From contig JADJQR010000001.1 in NCBI GenBank assembly GCA_016712675.1, forward strand, positions 3,351,056 through 3,415,055: a stretch of DNA of 64,000 nucleotides. The letters are read 5' to 3'. The notes under the pieces are model-generated. The model made no database searches, had not been told where the DNA came from, and saw only the letters and a list, made by a program, of their open reading frames with translations. The stretch is from a bacterium (GTDB taxonomy: Bacteria > Krumholzibacteriota > Krumholzibacteriia > LZORAL124-64-63). Both the position numbers and the translations under genes were made by a program. How positions within the stretch are numbered: position 1 is the stretch's first letter; every line of letters starts with the position of its first letter. This document shows positions 53,866-62,846 of this stretch, one piece after another.

Positions 53866-54735
53866 TCACCGCAGCATCGACATCTTCCTCGTCTCCACGC
53901 CCCACGGCGTCGTCAGCCGGCAGAAGTAGGTGCCCGACGGCATCGGCACGCCGAAGGCGTCCTGACCGTCCCAGTCGGCGGTGTGCGCACCCGCAGGCAG
54001 CGGCTGGTCGACCAGGCGGGCCACGAGCCGGCCCTTGGCATCGTGGATGGTCACCAAGGCATGGCCGGCGGCCGGCAGCGTGAAGCTCACTGTCGTCCGC
54101 GGGTTGAAGGGGTTTGGGTAGTTCTGGCGCAGCGCGGCGCCGCCCGCGACGGGGACGCCGGGCGCATCCACCGTCCCCGCCGGGACCGGGATGTTGAACG
54201 TGAAGTTGTCGATGCCCTGCAGGACCTCCCTCATTCGGATCATCGCCACGACAGGTTCCGGGAAGCTGAAGGTCACCAGATTTCCGGAGCCTTCGTTCCA
54301 CGCCTCAGCCAGGAGTTCGCCGTGGATGTCGAACGCCTGCATCAGTATTCCCTCTCCCGGTCCCCAACAGTTGTCCTGGGCGGTTCCCACGAAGTCGGTC
54401 ACCGCCGGAGCCCCCGTGAGCGGATCCACGAACCAGGCGAGGACGGCGGGATCTCCGCCGACGTGGTTCGGAGAAGACAGGGAACACATGTGCGGGACGG
54501 CGTACACGGCCCGCGACGAGTCCCCCATGGTGAACACCACGCCGAGGCTGCTCCACTGATCGTGCACGGTGTAACCCTCCGGGACGGGTGAGCCGTCCGG
54601 ATAGGTGTCGAAGTCGACAATCTCCCGTGTCGCCACCTCGCCGAAACCGGACACCGGTGCCTCATCCCGAGCGACGACCTGCACCGCCACACCCGTGCTC
54701 GCCAACGTCACCGTCGCGAAGACCAACCACCACAT
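53866..54735 (-). CDS. Secreted protein of unknown function with T9SS-type C-terminal domain
   Basis: Start set at the ATG at 54735 (GAAGGAGG RBS just upstream; signal peptide MWWLVFATVTLAS); C-terminal NYPNPFNPRTTVSFTLP...IHDAKGRLVARL...GTYFCRL...KMSMLR. Confidence 0.6.
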   Translation of the reverse strand: MWWLVFATVTLASTGVAVQVVARDEAPVSGFGEVATREIVDFDTYPDGSPVPEGYTVHDQWSSLGVVFTMGDSSRAVYAVPHMCSLSSPNHVGGDPAVLAWFVDPLTGAPAVTDFVGTAQDNCWGPGEGILMQAFDIHGELLAEAWNEGSGNLVTFSFPEPVVAMIRMREVLQGIDNFTFNIPVPAGTVDAPGVPVAGGAALRQNYPNPFNPRTTVSFTLPAAGHALVTIHDAKGRLVARLVDQPLPAGAHTADWDGQDAFGVPMPSGTYFCRLTTPWGVETRKMSMLR

Positions 54736-54949
54736 GACGGCCTCCTTCGTACCAGTAGCGCCCATGCGCGCTTCATCGAGCGCACTCCCGATTCGATGAT
54801 ACCATGTCGAATGGTGGTTTTCCGGACGATCCACGATTCGTCTGCTTCAGGTTCCTGCGCGACGGATCTCTGGGGTTGTGCCGTCGAGATCGTGCCCGGC
54901 CCGGGGACGGGTCGTTGAGCCTACAGTCCTGTTCTCCCTGATTCCCGCG

Positions 54950-54979
54950 TTGAACCCGGCCCCCTGCCCATGATAGAAT
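54950..54979 (+). promoter_or_regulatory. Sigma-70-like promoter candidate for the 793-aa CTD protein gene
   Basis: TTGAAC (54950-54955), 18-nt spacer, TAGAAT (54974-54979), in a locally AT-richer segment about 85 nt upstream of the ATG at 55066. Confidence 0.45.
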
Positions 54980-55065
54980 CGACGTTACCAGATAGTTCCT
55001 ACCGGGGACCTATGATTCCCGGTGGCAGGTAGCGACTCGCCCGGCCTTCGAAGGGGGATTCGCAC

Positions 55066-57447
55066 ATGAAGCGCGCCGCCCGCCTACTCCTGCCCTGCTT
55101 CCTCGTCACCTGCTGGGCGACCAATGCCGCTGGTGCCACGATCCACGTGATGGAGTTCCGCCAGCTCGTCTACCAGGTCGAAGAAGGAACCGGTCCGGGT
55201 GAACCCGATGATGTCGGGTCGCTGCTCGTGGCCTACGGCAAGGACCTTGACGTGGGGTACCTGAATCTCGCCGCGGTCATTCCCGGCCTGACCCCCGACC
55301 CGGTCTGGCTCGTGGCCAACATGCCGCTGTACTCACAGCAGATGGGTCCGCCGCTGGCCGAGACCGCCGTGCGGCTGCCGTTGTCATGGCTTGGCATCGA
55401 GTATGGCATGACGGCCATGAACATCCAGTTCGGCTGGGAGGTCCTGGCTTCGCCGCTAACCGAGACCGCTGGCGAACTGTGGGCGCAGACCGTGCCCCTG
55501 CTCTACGACCAGCCCGTCTTGCGGCAGGTTGTCGACGCCAAGGGATCGAAGCCCGACCTGTCCGAACGTGAGTACATCTGGCCCGATCCCTCCGGCCTCT
55601 GGCGTGAACCCTTTTCGCCTGCCGAGCCGTTCCTCGTGACCTACAGCACCATCGGCTGCAATATGCCCAACATCCCGCTCAACGAGGCCACCAATCCCAT
55701 GGACGGCGCCGGCTGCGTCGCCGCCTCGACCACCAACAGCATGATGTGGCTGGACGGAAAGCACGACGAAATCACGTTCCCCGGCGACCAGCGCCAGATC
55801 TTCGCGCAGTTCAGCCACCTGATGAACCGCAAGCCCGGGGATGGCGTAACGACCGAGGAGCAGGCCCGAGCCAAGCTCGACTTCATTGAAGCCCACGGCC
55901 TGCCCATCAAGGTGAAAATCCAGAACAAGTTCTCCAACGGGAATGTCAAGAGCAGCAGCGGCCGCTCCAGCGCCGAGGACACCGACGGCGGACCCGAGGG
56001 CACCTGGCCCGGCCTCGCCTGGATCCAGAGCGAGACGCAGGACGAGGAAGACGTCGAGATCAACTACGGCTACTGGTACAAGGACGCCTCCGGCAAGTGG
56101 CGACGCAACGGAGGCCATTCGGTGGTGCTGACCGGGGCGGGCACGGTGCTCGGCGCTCCCTACATCGACATCAAGCACGATGCCAAACAAGGCGACGACA
56201 GCGGCGTCGTGGAGGAGCGTTACTGGCTGACCAGCGCCCCGAACGGTGCCGTCGAGATCTCCGGCGAAGGCGGCCGGTGGAAGCACGCCGACGGCGTCAC
56301 GTACGAACACCACGCGTTCATTGACGGCGTGGTCAGCGAAAGTCTGGACACGGGCGCGACGCCGCCACCATCCAGCGAGACCTTCGGCGGCTACTGCCAG
56401 GAATTCGTACGGGTGATCCCGCCCGGCAAGACCCTGGAGATCGATTTCCCCTCGTCGACGTGGTGGTGCCGCAACGTCACGGTCTACACGCGCGACCGCT
56501 CCGATGATCCGGCCAAGGACGTCAAGTTCACCGAATGGAACGACAACGGAGGCAAGACCCGCAAGATAGCCAACGCCGACACCATCAGGACCCTGACCGT
56601 TGTCGTCCACTGCGACGACCGCCAGCCCTATCGGCTCGGCTACTCGCCGTGGAGCGTGGGTCTAAGGATGGTCGCCAACTCCGGCAAGGAGACCACGCCC
56701 GGCAATCCGGAGGACTATGGCGGCTTCTCGATGGGCTGGTCAGACAGCTCGAGCGCCGAGTTCCGATTCATCACGGCGCCCAGCGTGATGGTCGCCGCCG
56801 ACATCGGCGCCGACCTGAGCCAGATGCCGGGCTGGCTGGGCATGACGACCGGCTGCCAGGAGCTGTGGCTTACCCGCCAGATCCCGGTCTGGAACCACCA
56901 CTGGCAGGAACTCGGCTTCATCGTGGACGTGGTCGAGGTCGCCCAACCCGGCGATCTCTTCGTTGATTGCCCACAGACCGCGACGGCCGTGATGATCCCC
57001 ATCGCCGCTCCCGGTCGCTACGAGATCCACCTGGGCCTGATGGCGCCGGCGCCGGACTTCCAGATCCGCCTGGCGCCGAGCCACGGACTGGAGATGGCTC
57101 TGGACTGCGTGGGCGTGCCGAGCATGGTCGACGACGCTGCCGGCGTGGACGAGAACTCCGACCTGCCCGAGCGCCCGGTGATCCGCGCCGTCTATCCCAA
57201 TCCGTTCAACCCGGCGGTGACGATCCGCTTCGCCCTGCCGCGACCGCTCGACGTCGAACTGCTCGTCTACGATCTGCAGGGTCGCCGTGTGGCGACGGTC
57301 TTCAAGGGCCGCCTGGCCGAAGGCAGCCAGACACTGGACTGGCGCGGCCGCACGGACGACGGGCAGGACGTCGCCGCGGGCACCTACCTGGTGCGTCTGC
57401 GGGCTGGAGGTGAGACGGTCACGTCCAAGGCCACTCTGGTCAAGTGA
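55066..57447 (+). CDS. Secreted protein of unknown function (793 aa) with T9SS-type C-terminal domain
   Basis: Signal peptide (MKRAARLLLPCFLVTCWATNAAGA); C-terminal VYPNPFNPAVTIRFALP...VYDLQGRRVATV...GTYLVRL...KATLVK; sigma-70-like promoter upstream. Confidence 0.65.
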   Translation: MKRAARLLLPCFLVTCWATNAAGATIHVMEFRQLVYQVEEGTGPGEPDDVGSLLVAYGKDLDVGYLNLAAVIPGLTPDPVWLVANMPLYSQQMGPPLAETAVRLPLSWLGIEYGMTAMNIQFGWEVLASPLTETAGELWAQTVPLLYDQPVLRQVVDAKGSKPDLSEREYIWPDPSGLWREPFSPAEPFLVTYSTIGCNMPNIPLNEATNPMDGAGCVAASTTNSMMWLDGKHDEITFPGDQRQIFAQFSHLMNRKPGDGVTTEEQARAKLDFIEAHGLPIKVKIQNKFSNGNVKSSSGRSSAEDTDGGPEGTWPGLAWIQSETQDEEDVEINYGYWYKDASGKWRRNGGHSVVLTGAGTVLGAPYIDIKHDAKQGDDSGVVEERYWLTSAPNGAVEISGEGGRWKHADGVTYEHHAFIDGVVSESLDTGATPPPSSETFGGYCQEFVRVIPPGKTLEIDFPSSTWWCRNVTVYTRDRSDDPAKDVKFTEWNDNGGKTRKIANADTIRTLTVVVHCDDRQPYRLGYSPWSVGLRMVANSGKETTPGNPEDYGGFSMGWSDSSSAEFRFITAPSVMVAADIGADLSQMPGWLGMTTGCQELWLTRQIPVWNHHWQELGFIVDVVEVAQPGDLFVDCPQTATAVMIPIAAPGRYEIHLGLMAPAPDFQIRLAPSHGLEMALDCVGVPSMVDDAAGVDENSDLPERPVIRAVYPNPFNPAVTIRFALPRPLDVELLVYDLQGRRVATVFKGRLAEGSQTLDWRGRTDDGQDVAAGTYLVRLRAGGETVTSKATLVK

Positions 57448-57721
57448 TCGCAGAGCCGACCGATCGGCCGTTGCCGAGGAAGGCGCGCCTGCCTCGGGCG
57501 CGCGAAGTCGGGCATGGCGCGGCGGGACAGTGGCGCCGCTGCTTCCGACCGCGCCGCCACGCGATCTCCGTCTCAACCGCCGCGCCGCGGCGCCAAGAAG
57601 TCGATCCACGGAGCGGCCGATCTCCGGTGGCGACGCGCGCGACAAGACCGCGGAGGGTGCAAGCCGCATCGACGTGACGACTATGCACCCTCCGTGGACG
57701 AATGTGACCGGTCACGTCGCC

Positions 57722-60700
57722 CTATCTCAGCAAGCTCAGCTTCCTGGTGAAATCGGTCCCGCCAATGTTCACGCGTACAATGTACACGCCGCTGGCTGCC
57801 ACATCACCGTTCCGACCCAAGCCATCCCATACCTCACGGTAGTGTCCCGCCACGCGCTGGCCCGACCACAGTTCCCGCACAAGACGGCCCCGAACGTCGT
57901 AGAGCCTGACCGAAACGCGTGCCGTCGCCGGCACCCGGTATTCCACACCGATGCGCGGGTTCGCGGGATTGGGAACAACGACGACGGATTGCCCGAGCGT
58001 TTGCACGTCGATCGCGCGGCCGTCGTTGTCCGGGTCATCACCTTCACCCAGTGGCACTCCGGACACCTCCAAGATCTCCAGCTGTACCGACGCCTCGTTG
58101 TTTTCCCAACTCAGCTCCGATGCGCCATCGTCCGGAATGACCATCAAGCGATAGGACCGTGGGCCAGGATGCAACGGCAGGTCCTCACAGGTGACGTCGC
58201 AGGTCGAATTGGCGGCGATGGAGACGCTCCGGCGCAGCAACTCCGACCCGGACCCTTCGGCGACAATCAGGATCTCGGCCAGGCGAGCCGAAGTTCCGGC
58301 GTTGCGGACCGTTGCCTCGACACGCACCGGAGATCCGATGCGATTTCCCTCCGAGGTCGCCACCAGGGATCCCGCATCGATCAGCAAGTCGGTTGCGACC
58401 GCTTGGATCAACCCCAAGGTCGCGCGTCGTTCAAAGGGCGTCGGTGCATCGCCGCGACCGACGACGGAAAGCTCATAGTTGCCCGGTTCCGAGAGGGGCA
58501 CGAAGGCCGCGCTGTAGACGCCGTCGCCGGCCGTATCGCCTTCGGTCAACCCATCATCCAGGAGGGGAAACGAAGCGATGGAAACGCCGTCGAGCGTCAG
58601 CTCGGCGGCCACTGTCGCACCGAGTACCGCCGAGTGCGCGCCGTGTTCGATCGCAGCGCGGACGACGCGCTCATTCCCCGTGCCATCGACATCGGGCTCG
58701 AGCATGGCGTTCATCGCGACGGCATTGACGCCGTCGACAAGGTAGACGATGCCGTAGTCGACAGTCGCGTGATCGTCACGGGCGCACACCTGCCATGCTC
58801 CCGCTTCGGGAGCGGCGACCAGATAGGACATGAGACCGGATTCGGGGTCCGTTTCGCAGGTGATCAGCGGGTCGACATCAGCGACAGCCTCGTCGACAAC
58901 CTGACCAGTGGGCGTCCTCAGAAAGGCCGACGTCGATCCCGATCTGAAGAGATAGGAGAATCGCAACGTGTCGGCTGCTGCACTGGAAATCGTGGCCACG
59001 GCTTCCACGCCTGGCGTCAGTGAAAGCACGCCTGCGTCCAGAGAGCGCCATGAAGCCACGTCGACGCTCGCGGCCGGATCGATGGCCGCCGTCGCCATCG
59101 CACGATCGTCGTCCGTCAGAAGCGCCTTGACGACATCCCACACGTTCGGGTCTTCGACAACACCGAGACTGGCGCTTCGCTTGTGATGGACGTTCGGGAT
59201 GATGAGGTTCTCCACATTGGGCGCCGTGCTCGACAACTGGGCCGAGACGAGAGGAACTGCTCCGTCGTTCTCGAGGCAGTTCCACGGCGGTGCCGCAAGA
59301 AGAGTCGCCGTCAACAGGTACGGCCCAAGCCATGATTGACCAGGATCACCGGCAATCGCGAAATACCGCGTGCTTCCGTTGAGTCTGACTTCTGGTGGCG
59401 GTGCGGGCCAACCGCATAGGCCGCTCCAGTCAGGCGCCCAGGGCGATGCAGTTCCTCGATTGAGTTCGCGCATGAACGGACTGCTCGGCATCAGGTCGAT
59501 CAGCGCCGGATGCGACGTCAACAATTCCACCAGGTCGCGACCAATCGCGATTGGCGCTCCCGGTTGCGGATTCAGTGCCGCCTGCAGGAGCGCATAGACG
59601 CCGGCCAGTGAAAGGACGAGAGGGCTGCCATGGTGCGGCGTCGCCAACGTGACGAGCTTCCGCACGGAAACCGGCGCGATGGCGAACATCTCATTGTAGT
59701 AGCGACTCGTCAGGCCCCCTTGGCTGTGGGCGACGATATCCACTGTCCTGACGTCGAGATGCTCCAGGTAGGTACGAAGCTGCCGCGCTTGCTGTCGGAT
59801 GCCGTCCAACCCGCACAGATCGTCGAGGCAATGGCCCAGTTGCAGATCGTGTGCTACGGCGAAGCCGTTCGCCGACAGGTAGCCCGCCAGTCCGGGGTCG
59901 CCGCAATCCCAGATCGACGGCCCGCTGGCAATGCCGTGGACCAGAACGACGACGCACGAATCCAGGGACAGAGTCGGTGCCTCGATCGAGACGTCGTCAG
60001 CCAAGACGGTGAAAGATGTCGTGCTGCCCGGCCGGTAGATGGCCTCACCGGTCAAGGGGCCCGTGAGCGCGAACTTGGTGGCCGAGACGTAGTAGTCTCC
60101 CGGTTCAACGACCGATAGCTGGACGAGGCCATCGTCGTTGGTGACGTCGGAGGTGACCTGTTCGCCGGTGGCGGCCCTGATGAGCGATACATCGGCGCCG
60201 GCAATCGGCAGACCGGCATAGGCATCGTCGATCCGGACAGTCACCACCCTTGTTGCAGCGACCTCGATCGACACTTCCTGCGAAGCGGATCCGTCCACGA
60301 AGACGGCCTCGCGCGTCGATTCATGCCCGTTGTGGCTGGCCCATACCGTGTACCAACCGGTAGCCCACGGATGGAACCCCGGCCCACCTCTCTCATTCGT
60401 CGCGAAGGTGCGCTGTGTGCCGTCCTGGCTCATGACGTGGACCGTCGCGCCTTGGAGCGCCTGGCCGGTTTCCATGGCGCTCACGGTTACCTTCACATAG
60501 GGTGCGAGCAATTGCCGTATTTCCGCAGCGGTCAGCGCGCGGTCATAGATGCGCACGTCATCGATCGTGGCGCGAACGTGTTCGTTGAGGGCAGGCGTGA
60601 CCGAGTCGTTCTCGCGACAGCCGACGCGGAAGTTGTAGGTGGGTTCCACGATGCCGGTCACGGCGACGGAATTGAGCAAGTCACCATCGATGTAGATGTG

Positions 60701-61270
60701 GGCGACGGCACCGTCGTACGTCAGGCTGAGCATGTGCCAGGCGCCGTCATCGCTCCGCAGGTTGACTACCATGTCGCGGGCCATGACCTGTATGCTCAAT
60801 CGCGCCGGGGCACTGACGCCGGAATCACTGCCGAAGATCCTGAAAAGGCCGGCGGTGGCCGGTTGGTAGACCGCGATGAAATTGCCCCCTCGCCATTGCG
60901 ATGTCGCTCCCCACCCGGATCCAGGCGCGTCGCTCTTGACCCAGAGGTTGTAGGATAGGTTTGGATAGCTTCGGGCGGAACCGAAATTGAGATTGATATT
61001 GTCATTGATCCCATCGAAGTAGTAGGCATGGCCCACGATTCCGTCGCGTCCGGTGGCAGGTGTGGCTCCCGTCACGGTGCCACTTGGCTGCTGGCCGCTG
61101 GCGTCGGCCGCGGATCCATCAAACGGGTAATACCCCAGGAGGCCGTCGGTCAGACCCGCACGGGCCATGGGGACCGACCATGCGCATGCAAGTACTACAA
61201 ATGCGACGAAGGATAAAATTGTGAACGGAATCGGGAACGCAAGAACGCGCGACTTGGGTTGCGTGTGCAT
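57722..61270 (-). CDS. Secreted multidomain protein: LamG/concanavalin-like domain, alpha/beta-hydrolase (lipase/esterase-like) domain, T9SS-type C-terminal domain
   Basis: Start set at the ATG at 61270 (AGGAGG upstream); LamG-like N-region (LLGYYPFDGSA...LTYDGAVAHIYIDGDL); nucleophile elbow (DIVAHSQGG); C-terminal VPNPANPRIGVEYRVP...LYDVRGRLVREL...GVYIVRV...KLSLLR. Confidence 0.6.
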   Translation of the reverse strand: MHTQPKSRVLAFPIPFTILSFVAFVVLACAWSVPMARAGLTDGLLGYYPFDGSAADASGQQPSGTVTGATPATGRDGIVGHAYYFDGINDNINLNFGSARSYPNLSYNLWVKSDAPGSGWGATSQWRGGNFIAVYQPATAGLFRIFGSDSGVSAPARLSIQVMARDMVVNLRSDDGAWHMLSLTYDGAVAHIYIDGDLLNSVAVTGIVEPTYNFRVGCRENDSVTPALNEHVRATIDDVRIYDRALTAAEIRQLLAPYVKVTVSAMETGQALQGATVHVMSQDGTQRTFATNERGGPGFHPWATGWYTVWASHNGHESTREAVFVDGSASQEVSIEVAATRVVTVRIDDAYAGLPIAGADVSLIRAATGEQVTSDVTNDDGLVQLSVVEPGDYYVSATKFALTGPLTGEAIYRPGSTTSFTVLADDVSIEAPTLSLDSCVVVLVHGIASGPSIWDCGDPGLAGYLSANGFAVAHDLQLGHCLDDLCGLDGIRQQARQLRTYLEHLDVRTVDIVAHSQGGLTSRYYNEMFAIAPVSVRKLVTLATPHHGSPLVLSLAGVYALLQAALNPQPGAPIAIGRDLVELLTSHPALIDLMPSSPFMRELNRGTASPWAPDWSGLCGWPAPPPEVRLNGSTRYFAIAGDPGQSWLGPYLLTATLLAAPPWNCLENDGAVPLVSAQLSSTAPNVENLIIPNVHHKRSASLGVVEDPNVWDVVKALLTDDDRAMATAAIDPAASVDVASWRSLDAGVLSLTPGVEAVATISSAAADTLRFSYLFRSGSTSAFLRTPTGQVVDEAVADVDPLITCETDPESGLMSYLVAAPEAGAWQVCARDDHATVDYGIVYLVDGVNAVAMNAMLEPDVDGTGNERVVRAAIEHGAHSAVLGATVAAELTLDGVSIASFPLLDDGLTEGDTAGDGVYSAAFVPLSEPGNYELSVVGRGDAPTPFERRATLGLIQAVATDLLIDAGSLVATSEGNRIGSPVRVEATVRNAGTSARLAEILIVAEGSGSELLRRSVSIAANSTCDVTCEDLPLHPGPRSYRLMVIPDDGASELSWENNEASVQLEILEVSGVPLGEGDDPDNDGRAIDVQTLGQSVVVVPNPANPRIGVEYRVPATARVSVRLYDVRGRLVRELWSGQRVAGHYREVWDGLGRNGDVAASGVYIVRVNIGGTDFTRKLSLLR

Positions 61271-61569
61271 GATGCCTCCTGGGAAGTCACGGTGCATTCG
61301 AGATCCGGAGGCAAGGGAATATGAGCACGTTCTCCGCCAGCGGACCGCCGTGGTGCGTTCCCACTATGGTGAGCGATGAAGGTTAGACCAATGGAATGGA
61401 ACGGAATTCACCGGAATGCGGAGATTCGAACCCCCGCGATGCGCTCGTCTTCCGCCAGCGTGTATCCCGAAGCCGCCCCCGCCGTATATACTCCTTTCCA
61501 CCGTCCCGCCGGGCGGGGCCCCACGGCCATCGTCCCGACGCGTGCCACCCCGAGCCCGGAGCGTCAGCC

Positions 61570-62718
61570 ATGACCCTGTCGCGTCGCGACTTCCTCAAGA
61601 CCACCGCCATCGTCGGGGCCACGGCCGCCGCCGGCAGCCTGGCCGCCACCAACGCCCGCGCCGACTTCACGGCCCTGCGCAGCAAGCGCCGCCTGAAGAT
61701 CCTCATCCTGGGCGGCACCGCGTTCCTGGGCCCCTCGGTGATCCACGAGGCGCGCGCCCGCGGCCACGAGATCACGCTGTTCAACCGGGGCCGCACCAAC
61801 GCGGACATGTTCCCGGACCTGGAGCGCCTGGTGGGCGACCGCGACGGCCAGCTGGACGCCCTGCGCGGCCGCCAGTGGGACGTCTGCCTGGACAACAGCG
61901 GTTACATCCCGCGGATGGTGAAGGACTCGGCCGAGCTGCTGGCGCCGAACATCGGGCAGTACATCTTCATCTCGTCGATCTCGGTCTTCGCGGACTTCTC
62001 GCAGCGCGGGTTGAGCGAGTCCTCGCCGGTGGCCGTGATCACCGACGAGCAGATCGCTGCCGCGAAGACGCAGAAGGACGTCACGGGCGAGAACTACGGC
62101 GCCCTGAAGGCGCTGTGCGAACAGGCGGCCGAGAAGGCCTGCCCCGGCCGCGCCTGCGTCATCCGCCCGGGGCTGATCGTCGGCCCGATGGACCGTACCG
62201 ACCGCTTCACCTACTGGCCGGTGCGCGTCGCGCGCGGCGGCGAGGTCCTGGCGCCCGGGACGCCCGGCGACATGACGCAGGTGATCGACGTGCGCGACCT
62301 GGCCGAGTTCGTCGTGCGCTGCTGCGAGGAGCGGACGATGGGCGTGTTCAACGCGACGAGCACCGCCGGCGAGCTGACCATGGGTGAGCTGCTGGACAGC
62401 TGCCAGCGGGTCTCCGGCTCGGACGCCACCTTCACCTGGGCCGACGCGGCCTGGCTCGAGAAGAAGGAAGTCGCCGCCTGGTCGGACATGCCGGTGTGGG
62501 TGCCGCTGACGGGCGCCGAGGCCGGGCACCCCTTCATCGACGTCAGCCGGGCCGTGAAGGCCGGCCTGCGCTTTCGGCCGATCAGCGAGACGGTGCGCGG
62601 CACGCTGGACTGGTGGGCCTCCGTCCCGCAGGAACGCCGGGACGCGCCGATGAAGGCGGGCATCACGGCCGAGCGCGAGAAGGAGCTGCTGGCGGCGTGG
62701 CACGCCGAGCACCCCTGA
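61570..62718 (+). CDS. Tat-exported NAD(P)-dependent epimerase/dehydratase-family (SDR-like) protein
   Basis: Twin-arginine signal (SRRDFLKTTAIVGATAAAG) and Rossmann motif (ILILGGTAFLG). Confidence 0.7.
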   Translation: MTLSRRDFLKTTAIVGATAAAGSLAATNARADFTALRSKRRLKILILGGTAFLGPSVIHEARARGHEITLFNRGRTNADMFPDLERLVGDRDGQLDALRGRQWDVCLDNSGYIPRMVKDSAELLAPNIGQYIFISSISVFADFSQRGLSESSPVAVITDEQIAAAKTQKDVTGENYGALKALCEQAAEKACPGRACVIRPGLIVGPMDRTDRFTYWPVRVARGGEVLAPGTPGDMTQVIDVRDLAEFVVRCCEERTMGVFNATSTAGELTMGELLDSCQRVSGSDATFTWADAAWLEKKEVAAWSDMPVWVPLTGAEAGHPFIDVSRAVKAGLRFRPISETVRGTLDWWASVPQERRDAPMKAGITAEREKELLAAWHAEHP

Positions 62719-62846
62719 GCCCGGCAGCGGATTGACGCGGCCCGCCCTCCGTGTGTTACGATGACTCGACCGCCGCCCCTGTGCAGCGGTCGAGTCGTTA
62801 TGGACGGCGATCGGGAGCGGACGGTGTCACAGGAACGCGTGGTTCG

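Noticed and set aside
53517-54083. 188-aa plus-strand ORF called as an intact gene
   Set aside because: Only the first ~90 codons look coding-like. The remainder is Ser/Arg/Pro-rich and overlaps the antisense of the CTD protein gene at 53866-54735, so an intact 188-aa protein is unlikely (kept only as a possible remnant in the findings).
61412-61436. tRNA T-arm-like motif (GGTTCGAATC on the minus strand)
   Set aside because: I could not find a matching acceptor stem, anticodon arm or D-arm in the flanking ~80 nt, so it is most likely a chance match in the divergent promoter region, not a tRNA gene.
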